Shown one piece after another: positions 50,660 to 64,000 of a DNA stretch of 64,000 nucleotides; position 1 is the stretch's first letter; the number at the start of each line of letters is the position of its first letter. Made by a program: the position numbers and the translations under genes. The DNA is from Octopus vulgaris (lineage: Eukaryota). The stretch is from positions 66,092,001 to 66,156,000 of the forward strand of contig OX597819.1 of NCBI GenBank assembly GCA_951406725.2. The letters run 5' to 3'. The notes under the pieces were generated by a model. It was not told the origin of the DNA. It saw nothing but the letters and a program-made list of their open reading frames with translations, and did not search any database.

Positions 50660-50822
50660 GTCGTATATATATATATATACGACGGCTTCTTTCAGTTTCC
50701 GTCTACCAAATCCACTTACAAGGCTTTGCTCGACACTTGCCCAAGGTGCCACACAGTGAGACTGAACCCAGAACCATGTGGTAGGTAAGCAAGTAACTTA
50801 CCACGCAGCCACTCCTGCGCCT
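50660..50822 (-). mobile_element. SINE family A, 5' half
   Basis: Ends CAGCCACTCCTGCGCC; head-to-head with the next copy. Confidence 0.85.
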
Positions 50823-50844
50823 ACATACATTTATTATATATATA

Positions 50845-51305
<461 letters not shown>

Positions 51306-52653
51306 AAAGAAAAAAAAGAAAGAAAATAAAAGAAAAATACCTAGATATATATAGTGTATGTATGCATATAAGAGTCGTTGTTGTGTGCTTGTGACCAATA
51401 AATTAGTAATATTATTATGATTTCTGCTGTTACTGCTGCCGTTATTGGTATTCAGTGCCACCATATTTATTTACTGTTTCTTTTCTTCCTTCCCGCCTCT
51501 CTCTTTCTTCCTTTCTCCTTCTCTCTCTCTCTTTTTCTTCCCTCTCCTTACATCCCTCCTTCTGCATCGCTTGGATATTACTACATTTTTTCAAAAATTG
51601 GATGATATTTTTATGCGCACAACAAACCTGTTTACAAGGTTAGTGAGTTTTATTTAATTAATTCTCATCCCATTTGGAGAAAATAAATAAAAGCGAAACA
51701 AGTACAAAACAAACAACTATCCAAAAACAAAAAGTAAATTTATTGAACATTCTGGAGTTTTTCTTTCCTTTTTTCTTCTCTTTTTTTGTTTGTTGCTTTT
51801 GACTTGGAAGTTGCTGGAATAACAATTTCTTCAGAAATTGGATAATATTTTTACATGTCATGTCGTGGTAACCCTTTTTACAAAGGCAATTGAAAATTTA
51901 TTTAATGGATTTTCGCCCCATTTTCAAAAAATTAAAATAATTTTTATTGAACATTTTAAACATTTCTTTGGTTTGGTTCGATTTGATATGCAATGGAAAC
52001 AAATCAATGACGAACCCCTTTACCCCACGCTATCACCCCCACGAGAAAAAAAGAGAAGTAACAAATAGAAAAAAAAAGAAGAAAGAAACATTGAAGCGCA
52101 GGAATGGCTGTGTGGTTAAGAATCTTATTCAACAGCCACGTTGATTCGCGTTTAACCCCACTTCGCGGCACATTTGACAAGTGTCTTCTACTATAGCTCC
52201 ACGTTGAACAATGCAAACACAAATATGGAAAATGCAATGCTAACACATCAAAAAAGGTTTACGTGTTGCGAATAAAATTGGAAAATAAAACACCAAACGG
52301 TCAAAATTTGCTCACGGCAAACAAATCCTCACGTGATTGATGGTGCATGATGCTAAGAGTCAAAAGCAACTTTGGCGCGAGAAACTCAATATTAATTCAA
52401 TCATGTTATAAGAGACAACACAAATATATTCAATTCTTGAAAACGTGACTGTCAAGGCCAGGAAACCGCGAATATCGATTTAAGACCTCTCTTGACCACA
52501 AAATTGAGCACAATCATGGATTCAATAAAGCATGAAACACACACACACACACATACACACATATAGTTGAAATTTACAGAAAAACAAAAGACGAAGACAG
52601 GTGTATGACCACAAGCAGGTGTATTAGTTTGACGTTCTGGAAGGTGAGAGAGC

Positions 52654-52689
52654 CTTTTACGTTTCGAGCCTACGCTCTTCAGCAGAAAG
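52654..52689 (-). ncRNA. Hammerhead-like motif, non-canonical position 6
   Basis: CTTT-CTGCTGA-A-GAGC-GTAG-GCTC-GAAA-CG-TA-AAAG. Confidence 0.7.
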
Positions 52690-52810
52690 GAACACGACAA
52701 AATAAACAAAGAGAGAATAAACAAAACTTTAGGAATTAGCAGTCAATAAAATTGACTGGTTGAAGAAAGGTAGCTAGACAGGAGAGCAAGGAAGAAGGGA
52801 AAATAGTAAA

Positions 52811-52888
<78 letters not shown>

Positions 52889-52975
52889 AGAGTTTAGAGA
52901 AAAATGAAAGACGAAGACAGGTGGTGTACAAAACAAACAGATGTATTAGTATAACGCTCAGGAATTGAAAAAAGT

Positions 52976-53011
52976 CTTTTACGTTTCGAGCCTACGCTCT
53001 TCTACAAAAAG
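52976..53011 (-). ncRNA. Hammerhead-like motif, degenerate
   Basis: CTTT-TTGTAGA-A-GAGC-GTAG-GCTC-GAAA-CG-TA-AAAG. Confidence 0.6.
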
Positions 53012-53083
53012 GGACACAGAAAAAACAAGGAGAGAAACAAGGAGAGCAAAAAATGTGTGTAGTGGCTAACGATCTATCATGGC

Positions 53084-53117
<34 letters not shown>

Positions 53118-53122
<5 letters not shown>

Positions 53123-53164
53123 ATTGAGAAGAGTCAATAAACTGGAAACATCGATGTCTGGGAT
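53118..53164 (+). ncRNA. Hammerhead-like motif, degenerate core
   Basis: ATCCCA-TTGAGAA-GAGT-CAATAA-ACTG-GAAA-CATCGATG-TC-TGGGAT: 6-bp stem I, palindromic stem III, GUC site. Confidence 0.65.
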
Positions 53165-54494
53165 TCCTTAAAGATGGTGACACTGAACGAACCTTATGTT
53201 TTCACCCCATTTGTATCACAACTGAGATATTTTCTTCACAGTAACTGCAGCCTTTTCGCAGTGGACATACGTCACAAATATATTTTAACTAACTTCAATT
53301 TTACGTATGCCTGAACAATGCCTGGCGCTAACATTTCGTTATGTACATATGTGTGTGTGTTCTCTCGCGCGAGTGTATACATGTATATCTATATACAAAT
53401 ATATATAAATATATATATATATATGTGTATGTATATTCATATATATACATACACACATACATATACACACACACAAACACACACACAGAGCAATACTTTA
53501 TCATAATTATAAGTACTTATATGGCCGAAGCTTGGGGTTAAACCACGATAGCAACCACATCACAACAACCAAAGCAACCACAACAACAACATCTATTTTA
53601 TCGAATCCCACTTGGAATCTGTTCGCTCTTAATTAACAACTTTTTCTGACTAGATTCATTATGAATCAATCACTAGACTATCAGCTGGGATTTCCGGTTA
53701 CACAGCAAGATAGACAACAGAAAGACATCATTTGTTACGTTAGCGGGGTTAACATGATGCTTAGCTATTAATTAACGAAATGGACACTTCATGGTTCTTA
53801 GTTCTTTCCATTGCTAAACACTATTTCGCTCTCTCTTTCTATCGATTTTTCCGTCGTACAGTTCGTCTGCCTGTCTGACCGTCTTTCTGTCCGGTCTCCC
53901 CCTACTCCTCTTTCCACGCGTCTCTTTTACGGTTCGGGGTTGGTCTGCCTTTGTTCGATGTGTATGTATGATATGCGTGGCTATGTGTAATTATGTATGT
54001 GTGCGCGTGTGCGTGTGTGTGTGTGAATGTGTGTATATATGAGTGCGCGTTTGCGAATCTGTGTGAGCGCGGATGAGCGTGTGTTTGTCTTTGTAAATGC
54101 GTGATAAAATGGTTTCTATGTTAAGCTCTTGGTTGTTAGACCATGGGTTCGTATTAAGGGTCGGATGGTATACTTTGTGACCATGAGCAAGATACATTCT
54201 TTTTAAGCTAATACTGTCCACTCAATTGTAAATGTGAACACGTGATAACGTTTCATTTAAATGCCTCAAAGAGAATGATAAACTCCAGTTGACATACATA
54301 AACATACATCCATACACACATACATATTCGATCCAAATTACATACATACATGCATACATACATACATACATACATACATACACACAAAAAGACCCTGTTG
54401 TTGATGTTGAAATTCCAATAAAAGGATCCTTGGATCTAGGTAAGAAACCGACTTTTCATCTATTGACAAAGAATCTGGAAATGAAAAAATAACA

Positions 54495-54539
<45 letters not shown>

Positions 54540-54595
54540 GCACACACACAAATACACATATACGCTTTTAATGTATGTGTATTATGTATGTATGT

Positions 54596-54751
54596 GGAGT
54601 GGCTGTGTGGTGAGTAGCTTGCTTCGCAACCTCATGGTTCCGGGTTTAGTCCCACAGCATGGCACCTTGGGCAAATCTCTTCTACTATAATTGTAGATCA
54701 GCCAAATCTTTGTGAGTTGATTTTGTAGACGGAAACTGAAAGAAGCCCGTC

Positions 54752-54789
<38 letters not shown>

Positions 54790-54990
54790 GGCTGCTTGTC
54801 TGTGTTTCTCTCCACCATCGATTCGCAACCGATGTTGGTGTGTTTACACCCCCGTTACTTAGTGGTTTGGCAAAAGAGACTGATAAGTACTAGGCTTACA
54901 AAGAATTAAGTCCTGGGGTCGATCTGTTCGACTAAAGGCGGTGCTCCAGTATTGTTGCAATCAAATGACTAAAACGTGTAAAAGAGTAAA
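54596..54990 (+). mobile_element. SINE family A copy
   Basis: Collinear with 50944-51305. Confidence 0.9.
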
Positions 54991-55031
<41 letters not shown>

Positions 55032-55339
55032 TCAGATATATATACATATATATATATATATATATCTGTATGCGTGTTTGTGCGTGTATATATAGAGATA
55101 GAGAGAAAAGAGAGACAGTGTGTGTTTGTGTGTGTGCGTGTGTGTTTGTGTGTCTGTGTGCGTGTGTGTAATCGTGTATGCTTATTGCATAAATAATCTC
55201 ATTAATTATATTTTGTCATCATTAAATTTTCTCTGCCACTTCCACTCTTTCTCTCCCTCTCTCTCTTCCCAGTTTGCCATTTGTCGCTCTTACTTTTATC
55301 AGGCCCTTTATCCTCTTATTGCCTTCAGTGTCTTTATTA

Positions 55340-55414
55340 TTGCAACCATCATCCTTATCATGATGATCATGATCATCATCATCATCATCTTCATCATTCC
55401 TCATCATCATCCTT

Positions 55415-55454
<40 letters not shown>

Positions 55455-55455
55455 A

Positions 55456-55501
<46 letters not shown>

Positions 55502-55892
55502 GTCATCGTCGTCATCATCATCATCACCATCACCGTCATTATCACCACCATCACCGTCGTCACCACTTGAACACCATTATCAACAGCCTCCGGTTAATCA
55601 TTGTAATGAACATCACAATCGTTAGACTTCATGCAATTTTTCAAAGATCTTCCAATATCCTCCTTTTCTCCTCCCCTTCCACTTTCTGCTGCTGTCCCTC
55701 TTACTTCGCCTCCTCCTCCTGCTCCTCTCTTCCTCCCCTCTTCCTCCCCATCCTCCTTGTCCTCATCATCATCATCGTCGTCGTCGTCATCGTCATAACC
55801 TTGCCCTTCTACGTCTTCCCCACGCACCGACTTGCAAACCCACCATGTTGTCACTGTTATTGCCGATAATTCCCACAATGTCATGATGATGG

Positions 55893-55928
<36 letters not shown>

Positions 55929-56078
55929 CGACAACGATGACGGTGACAATGACGATGTTGATGATGACGGTGATGATGATGATGATGACGATGACAATGA
56001 TGACGATGATAATGATGGGGATGATGATGACAATGATGTGGAGGATAACACCGACAACCACGACGACCACCATCACGG

Positions 56079-56112
<34 letters not shown>

Positions 56113-56952
56113 AAGGGGGAGCAGAGAAATGATGACAGTCACAAGGGTGCCGATGGGGACGAAAACGACTACAATGGCGGTGGTGATGATGATAATGACG
56201 ATGATGATGATAATGATGATCATGATGATGATTATGATGATGATTATGATGATGATGATTATGATGATGATGATTATGATGATGATGATGAAGATGATGA
56301 CGATGATGATGATGATGATGATAATGATGACGACGACGACGACGACGATGATGATGATGACGACGACGATGATGATGATGATGATGATGATGATGACGAT
56401 GACGATGATGATGATTACGAAATTAATCAACTAAAACAGCATGCATTCGCTTTGCAATTTACGATATTAAAATCGTAACAATTCTCTTTGATTTCAAAAA
56501 CCTATAAAAACCGCTTTTAAGCATAATTTAGCTTTTAATAATTCACAAACTTCGGGGGCGGTGTAGGGAAATGGGGGCGGCGAAACAACAAGAAGAATAG
56601 ATCACCAACCAGTTCAATGCTTACCGTACAATGTGCTATATCTGTTGTTTTGAAATGTTCTTCTATGGTTTGACGAGTTTAGTACAGAGGGCGTTGGTGT
56701 CGGCCTTTGCGTACGTTTTCTCTAGCTTTCCAGTTCGTCGAAATTAGCATGAGTCTTTAATCATTATTATCATTCATTCGTATTATGCGATCATCGTATT
56801 TTAGTCTCTTTATTTCCTCGTCGTCGTCGCTGTCACCATCGTCATCGTCATCGTCATTCTCATTACCATCATCATCATTGTTACCATCATCATTGTCATC
56901 ATCATAATCACCACTATTATAATCATCATCATCATCTTTACCATCATCATTG

Positions 56953-57003
<51 letters not shown>

Positions 57004-57177
57004 CTATTATCATCATCATCACCATCATTATCATCATCTTCGTCATCACCATCATCATATCATTATGATCACCGTCATCACCATCACTACCACCATCATC
57101 ATCATCATCATTACCATCATCATCATCAATATCATCATCACCATCATCATCACCATCAGCACCATCACTACCACCGC

Positions 57178-57223
<46 letters not shown>

Positions 57224-57482
57224 GTCATCCTCGTCATCATCACCCTCAATATTATCAACGTCGTCGTTATCGTCGTCTTCTTTGTCCTCGTCATCATTAT
57301 CGTCATTATTATTGTCATTTTCATCATTATCATCGTCATCAGCGTCAGCATCGTTATGGTCGTCATCGTCATGTCAGCGGCACTGCCACCAACACTGCAA
57401 AAAAAAAAAAACATTTCCGTTGCCACTACCGTCACATCTCTCGCCACCACTGCTGTCGTCCTCATCATCACCATTATCATCT
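55340..57482. repeat. Three long imperfect trinucleotide blocks: (CAT)n, (GAT)n, (CAT)n
   Basis: ~55340-55800, ~55880-56415 and ~56815-57480. Confidence 0.95.
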
Positions 57483-58767
57483 TGACTCTCATTGCCAATC
57501 ACTCTCCAACAAGAACGCACTCTGTATTTGCAACATTATAGAAATTATATTTTGATAGCAATCTGCTATCAAAATATAATTTCTATAATATGTTACAAAT
57601 ACAGACACAAACAGCCAATTACGCATTCGTGGACATGTTTAATTAATTCTATATACTTTGTTTTCTATTTTTCCCTTCCATGTATCGATATTTCTGAATC
57701 TGCGATGTTTCTGGATATTTTACCAAGTACAACGGTATAATAAATTATTCATTTTCTGATCATTTTCAACAGGGTACCCCATGAAATCTATTGGAGGTCT
57801 GTCTCCTGATTGAATGAAATATAAGGACTGCCATTTTCGGAAAAAAAATTGTTGTTTTGTATTTTTTTAATTCATGATTTTTAAGTTTATTACTATAGGT
57901 TTTCTACAGAATCCCAAAAGGCACAGTGCCAGAAGCTGTATTTAATATGCAAATTGATCTATCCAGTAGTGTTACAACGCTATATTCAATGGGTATCTAA
58001 CCAACGCGTTCGTGGTTAGTTGATTAACTTGATGTGGCACTGAGAAAAGAACAATAACTCATGAAACATGCATCTACACATATTACTAATTATTTTCTGT
58101 CTTCGATCGAATTGTTTACATAGACGTATTCGTATACGAAGCGTCGCAACTAACACTGCTAGCTCTGAAAACCTTCAGAGATAAACATAACAATGGGAAT
58201 ATCGCACTGCTAACACATAAAGCAAGATAGACTATGGTCATATAAAAGTTTTAAGCACTTGATACTATATTATGGTTGCAAAGCGCAATATTATATCCTT
58301 GCTAGCAATCAAATTAGTTCATGATGGTATATCGGTTGAAAAATGCCCTCTTAATGAGAATCGAAATAATAGCGGTTAAATCTAAATAACGGCGGTTGAA
58401 GTCAACAAAATAAATGTATAAAGAGATCAGATGTAACTTTACGATAGAACACATGAATTGCTCATGAAGATTTTTATATGCAAATGTTTAGAAATGTCAA
58501 ATCAATAATTTTCATGATATTTTTAACAACAACACCAACAATACATTCAGAAAAGACTTTTGAGCGAGTGATTGTGTTTCTGGTGGTCAAAGTATTCCCG
58601 GATCTGAGTGGTAATCTGATAGGTCCGAGGTGGACTTTCTCCTGTATTTGCCGGACAGTATCATTCATGTTTGCACATACTTTCTATATTACGTACACTG
58701 TTATGTTCTTTCACCAGATTTTCCTTTTTCTTTCTACGTATCTTTTACGTAAAATTCTACGATTGTA

Positions 58768-59219
58768 GACGGTTCTGAGTTCAAATTCTGCCGCGGTTGA
58801 TTTTACCTTTCATCACTTCGGGGTACCAGTTAAAGATTGAAGTCGATGTAATCGACTAGTCCCCTTGCCACAAATTTCAGGATTATTATTATTGAGTGAG
58901 AGAGCAGTGCATGCCATCAAAGTGACACTGGGGTAAAATATACGAAGCCCAGTATACCCATCATGACTACCCGTCTGATAAGGGTACACTAGGCACATGC
59001 ATCACAACCATATGTGCGCAACATGGAGATCTCATATCAAGATAAACAACACATGACCTTGCAGGTGGGGCCAAGTTAGAATTTTCTTCTGGTCGAGTAA
59101 CCCATTCGCTCGAAAGGCAAATCGACCTCGGCGGAATTTGAACTCAGAACGTATCGGCAGACGAAATGCAGCTAAGCAATTTGTTCGGCGTGCTAACGAT
59201 TCTGCCAGCTCGCCGCCCT
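58768..59219. mobile_element. Composite: SINE B (+, 58768-58882), family D (58894-59110), SINE B head (-, 59110-59219)
   Basis: Homology to 20858-21605 and 35326-35560; followed by (TTC)n. Confidence 0.8.
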
Positions 59220-60954
59220 TCTTCTTCTTCTTCTTCTTCTTCTTCTTCTTCTTCTTCTTCTTCTTCTTCTTCTTCTTCTTTCTTCTTCTTCTTCTTCTTC
59301 TTCTTCTTCTTCTTCTTCTTCTTCTTCTTCTTCTTCTAATTATTGTTGTTTTTATAAATGTAATATTAACCCCCACTTTTTATTTTCCGGAAAGTGAAAT
59401 GTTTTCTTGTATTCTCTTCGTTTCCATGGATTTACCATGTTTTCCAAAAAAAAAACTTACTTTTTTCGTGTCTTGTTGTGCGGTGGTGGTGGATGTGTAT
59501 ACAAGAAAAGGTAGGAGATTGTTTAGTTCAGCTTTGTTCCTTTTGTTCGGAGAAAAAGATTCTTTTCAACATTTTTTCGTTGGAGATTTTTTGCATACAA
59601 AACAATGACTTTAAAACAAAAGAGGCAACGCTTCCACAGAAAAGAAAAAGAAAAAAGATTACTGTAAGCATGGAAAAATGAAAAACATGAACAAATCTGC
59701 TTCGTAGCAGGACTCATGTGGGCGGCAGAAAAAGGAAAACTGCTTTTAAAGAAGAAAAGAAAAACTAGCATTATATGTTGTGTAGGGAACTCATTTGACA
59801 GCAGTAACAACGGCGGAAATGAAAATGAAGTCGGATGTAACTACATCAGCAGCAACATAAACCATATCACCTGTAGTAACAATAATAACCAGATCATTAC
59901 TAGCAGCTACAGCAGAGACACACATACTCGTATACACGTTGTGGGGCATGGCTGAAAACAGTTTTAATAAAGTAACTTCATGTTGGTTGTGTCTCAATAT
60001 AGAACATGGTCCAGAGCCAGAAGGACTTGTGGAAAAATTGTGTCACCAAAAATTCCATAGCCGTGCGTTTTCCTTTGCGAAAAAATATCGAATGAAACAT
60101 GTTTAAAAAGTCTTTTCTTTATTCCCCGAAGAAAAAGAACCACGCTAAACTAAATAATCTCTTATGTTGTGGTGTAAACGCATCCACTGCGCAAAAAGAC
60201 ACGAAAAGTGTAAGTTTTTAAAAAAGAACCAGGTAAAAACATGGATACGAAGAGAGTGAAAGAAAACATGTCCACTTCGGTGAAATTTGTCTTTAATTCA
60301 TGAAAGGAATGGATACTTTCTCTATGATCCTAAACACAAATGGAGAGGTTCCTGACCAACTTAAAAGCCAACATCGTATCCATCGACTGGCGTAAAGCAT
60401 ACGGTATCGTCTGCCTTGCTTTAGAGACCGAGGGCGAAGTGCAAAGTCAGATAGAGATAACGCAGAAAATACTTGCGCATAGGCACGTACACAGGTATAC
60501 GGGGCAGTGTAATAGAAAGTTTTGAAGTTTTGAAGCATTCACGCGGAGATTTACCGCCTGGCTCGTTGTCGCATTTGTAGCATAATATTGACGAGGAAAT
60601 CGCAGAGCCATGTAGAATGTTTTCTTCTAGGAGGTTGTGGAAAGATTGAGAAAATAGAAGAGTGAGTAGCAACTGAAATTTCTAGCAGATGCGCACACAG
60701 TTTCCTCCATTTTACTTTCTTATAGCACAGTGAGTTCAATCGGAATCAGTGAGACGGGGAACGGTGTTAGGTCTCATACTCCTCTTGCTGACAAATTCTG
60801 CTTGCTTCGTTTTTTCCCTTTCCGTGCCCCCTCAGTCAATCACACAATCCAATAGACTTTGCATCCTTCAACCGATGGGTAGATTGTTACATACAGCCAT
60901 TACTTACTTTCTCCTCTGCAGAACAACTGCTGGAGTTCCTGATGTTATATATGA

Positions 60955-61305
<351 letters not shown>

Positions 61306-62088
61306 CACATGCATGGAAACATACATGCATACACTCATACAAGCAAATAAACATACATATATACACACACACAAAGCAAAATATGTAAGTGCATCTGCAT
61401 ATACATGTCCCTCTGAAAATGTCTATAGCAGACATTATCTTTAAGAGCAGTGTCATGCTGAAGTGTATACAATTCTGAATGCTCTAAATTTTTAATTAAT
61501 CTATTTCATAGGTGATGAGAATAGGAAGTGATATACTACGTATGTGGGAGTGCTGCAGTAGTAGTAGTAGTGGTGGGAGGTATGAAATATTTAGTTCGTT
61601 TCACTGTTCACCCCCTTCTCTTATATGAGTTCACCTCTGCGATCTGTCTCCCATAAGCAATCTCGCTATACATGGTATCATGTATAAGGTATAAATGTAC
61701 ATTTATTATTAACACATTCGCGCACTCGTCTATGTGTCCATGCGCTTTAGCACACACAGAAACCACTATATGCTTAAAGATATATATGGTACACTACGTA
61801 CGCTTGTGTGTATATATATATACATACATGCATACATACATACATATATATATATACATACATACATATATATATATATATACACACAATCGTATGCATA
61901 CATATACGTACATACATATAAATAAATAAATTTATATAGATAGGTAGATAGATAGATATAGATAGATAGAAATAGATAAATAGATACACAGACAGATAGA
62001 CAGTCAGATAGTCAGATAGACAGATTGATAGACAGACAGATACATAGAGAGTCAGACAGGTAGATATAGATAGATAGATAGATAGATA

Positions 62089-62544
62089 TGTTTCTTTATT
62101 AGCCACACAGGGCTGCACACAGATAGAACAAATTACAAGGTAGAGCTTTTCTTTTGAAGGTTTAAAAAAAAAAAAAAAAAAATAATAATAATAATAATAA
62201 TAATAAAATAAAAAATAAAATAAAATAAAAAGGGGGGTCGATCAAAAGGGATCGTAAAAGGAGAGAAGGAGGACAAAAAAAGGGGGGGTAAAAAAAAAGG
62301 GGGAGAGGAAAAAAAAATTGATCAATAGGGATCGTTATCACAGAAATGTCAATATGAAGTGTAAAGGGGAGGACAGGTGAGGTTTACCCGTGGAAAGAAA
62401 AGCCTACGGAAAAGACCACGGTAACCTCGGTCAATGAAGTCACATGTTATATTTCTTTTTTTTTTTTTGCAAATAAGCAACTCTCTGTATTAATTTTTAC
62501 GGTTCATAGAATCATAGTCAAGGTGGCTTCGTCATTCATACGTG
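62089..62544 (-). mobile_element. 5'-truncated copy of the Tx1-type LINE 3' end within (GATA)n
   Basis: Nearly identical to 62781-63236; encodes the same RMNDEATLTMIL-stop. Confidence 0.93.
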
Positions 62545-62624
<80 letters not shown>

Positions 62625-62780
62625 CATAGATAGATACATAGATAGATACATAGATAGACAGACAGATAGAGACACAGACCGTTAGATAGATATAGATAGG
62701 TTGATAGATAGATAGACAGATAGATAAATAGATAGACAGACAGACAAATAGAGAGACAGGCAGTTAGATAGATATAGATA

Positions 62781-64000
62781 TGTTTCTTTATTAGCCACAC
62801 AGGGCTGCACACAGATAGAACAAATTACAAGGTAGAGCTTTTCTTTTGAAGGTTTAAAAAAAAAAATTTTTTTTAAATAAAATAATAATAATAATAAAAT
62901 AAAAAATAAAATAAAATAAAAAAGGGGGGTCCATCAAAAGGGATCGTAAAAGGAGAGAAAGAGGACAAAAAAAGGGGGGTTAAAAAAAAAAGGGGGAGGA
63001 AAAAAAATTGATCAATAGGGATCGTTATCACAGAAATGTCAATATGAAGTGTAAAGGGGAGGGCAGGTGAGGTTTACCCGTGGAAAGAAAAGCCTACGGA
63101 AAAGACCACGGTAACCTCGGTCAATGGAGTCACATGTTATATTTCTTTTTTTTTTTTTTTGCAAATAAGCAACTCTCTGTATTAATTTTTACGGTTCATA
63201 GAATCATGGTCAAGGTGGCTTCGTCATTCATACGTGCCATCCTTGCTACATTCACCCATCTTTTTTTAAAACATTCACTAGACAAAACTTGCCTCTCTAC
63301 TCTCACTTTTTTCTTCAAGTGATACTTGAAGAAGTTGATGAGAGATTGACCAGAGAGGAAAGTGTTTGTCTCTAATCCTTTCAGACGCGTCCACCAGATA
63401 CATTCTTTCGCCATAGCCACAAGTATGATAAAAATAGCTCTTCCTTCCCGTTTGAAGGAAGGAGGCGTGACGATATTAACGATAGACTCGGCGGATAAAC
63501 CGACACGTCCCACACGTGACAGCAGTCGTTCGACATAAGCCCACAGGTGGGAAATTGCTGGACACTGCACGATTGCGTGCAGAGCGGTTTCGTCGCTCTG
63601 CCCGCATCTCGGGCAGGTCGGCCCCCTGTTTCTCGAGCCATGCCTATAGAGCTTATCCCGAACGGGTAGCGCTTCTCGGTAGCACCGCCAGGCCAGGGAT
63701 CTCTGGAAGTTGTCCATAGGTCCCGGGCCGAAAGTCGTTTGAAACAGGCGGGTCAGGTATTCCTCGTCGACGCCCAGGTTTGCCCCGAGCTCGTCGTCGT
63801 ACCTCTCCTCCACTAATCCCCTATAGAATGCTTTGGTTGTGTTGAAGTCACTCAAGGTCGACCCGGGACGGCAGAGTTGCTTGAGAGCAACGCGACACTC
63901 GCGGTGCCATTCGCCCTTCTTCGGCCTCTTTTTGATCCACGACTGTAGTTCGGTCATGGAGACGAGTTGCGGGAATGCGTGCCTCACAAACGGCGACCAC
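62781..64000 (-). mobile_element. L1/Tx1-type LINE 3' part, continuing beyond the window
   Basis: Open ORF2 C-terminus plus a T-rich 3'UTR ending AATAAAGAAACA-(TATC)n. Confidence 0.9.
63196..63987 (-). CDS. LINE ORF2 C-terminal region with zf-RVT-type cysteine-rich domain (partial)
   Basis: LAWRCYREALPVRDKL, CPRCGQSDETALHAIVQC, AKECIWWTR; at least 263 aa uninterrupted. Confidence 0.88.
   Translation of the reverse strand: MRHAFPQLVSMTELQSWIKKRPKKGEWHRECRVALKQLCRPGSTLSDFNTTKAFYRGLVEERYDDELGANLGVDEEYLTRLFQTTFGPGPMDNFQRSLAWRCYREALPVRDKLYRHGSRNRGPTCPRCGQSDETALHAIVQCPAISHLWAYVERLLSRVGRVGLSAESIVNIVTPPSFKREGRAIFIILVAMAKECIWWTRLKGLETNTFLSGQSLINFFKYHLKKKVRVERQVLSSECFKKRWVNVARMARMNDEATLTMIL

Larger units (their letters stand above)
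52565..53090 (-). mobile_element. Two tandem diverged ~200-bp PLE-like units, each with a hammerhead-like motif
   Basis: Units ~52565-52780 and ~52885-53090 share AAAGACGAAGACAGGTG...TGTATTAGT...TTTTACGTTTCGAGCCTACGCTCTTC. Confidence 0.75.

Noticed and set aside
55120-57555. Long ORFs (poly-M, D, H, I, S; up to 278 aa)
   Set aside because: They are translations of trinucleotide repeats, open in several frames on both strands, with no domain or splice evidence.
58474-58768. Possible exon or GIY-YIG remnant
   Set aside because: Only a vague resemblance in one frame.

Overview
AT-rich, repeat-saturated eukaryotic DNA with no host protein-coding gene that I can support. The repeat landscape resembles an octopus (coleoid cephalopod) genome; this is an inference. 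Almost all ORF-track entries are microsatellite artefacts. The real content is mobile DNA: at least four tRNA-headed SINE families, CR1-group LINE fragments, R4/Dong-type and Tx1-type LINEs abutting specific microsatellites, Penelope-like (PLE) remnants including a GIY-YIG domain, mariner/Tc1 and hAT-Charlie transposons, MITEs and minisatellites. The most striking signal is about eight minimal type-I hammerhead ribozyme (HHR) motifs, several with non-canonical cores. Two lie in a head-to-head pair of a tRNA-head + (AAT)n + hammerhead element at 48341-49030, apparently a Pol III SINE carrying a PLE-type ribozyme. Also visible are a SINE/LINE shared 3' stem-loop with compensatory changes, LINE families each associated with a different microsatellite, and many long fold-backs. 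Coordinates were read by eye and may be off by a few bases; no database search or folding program was run.
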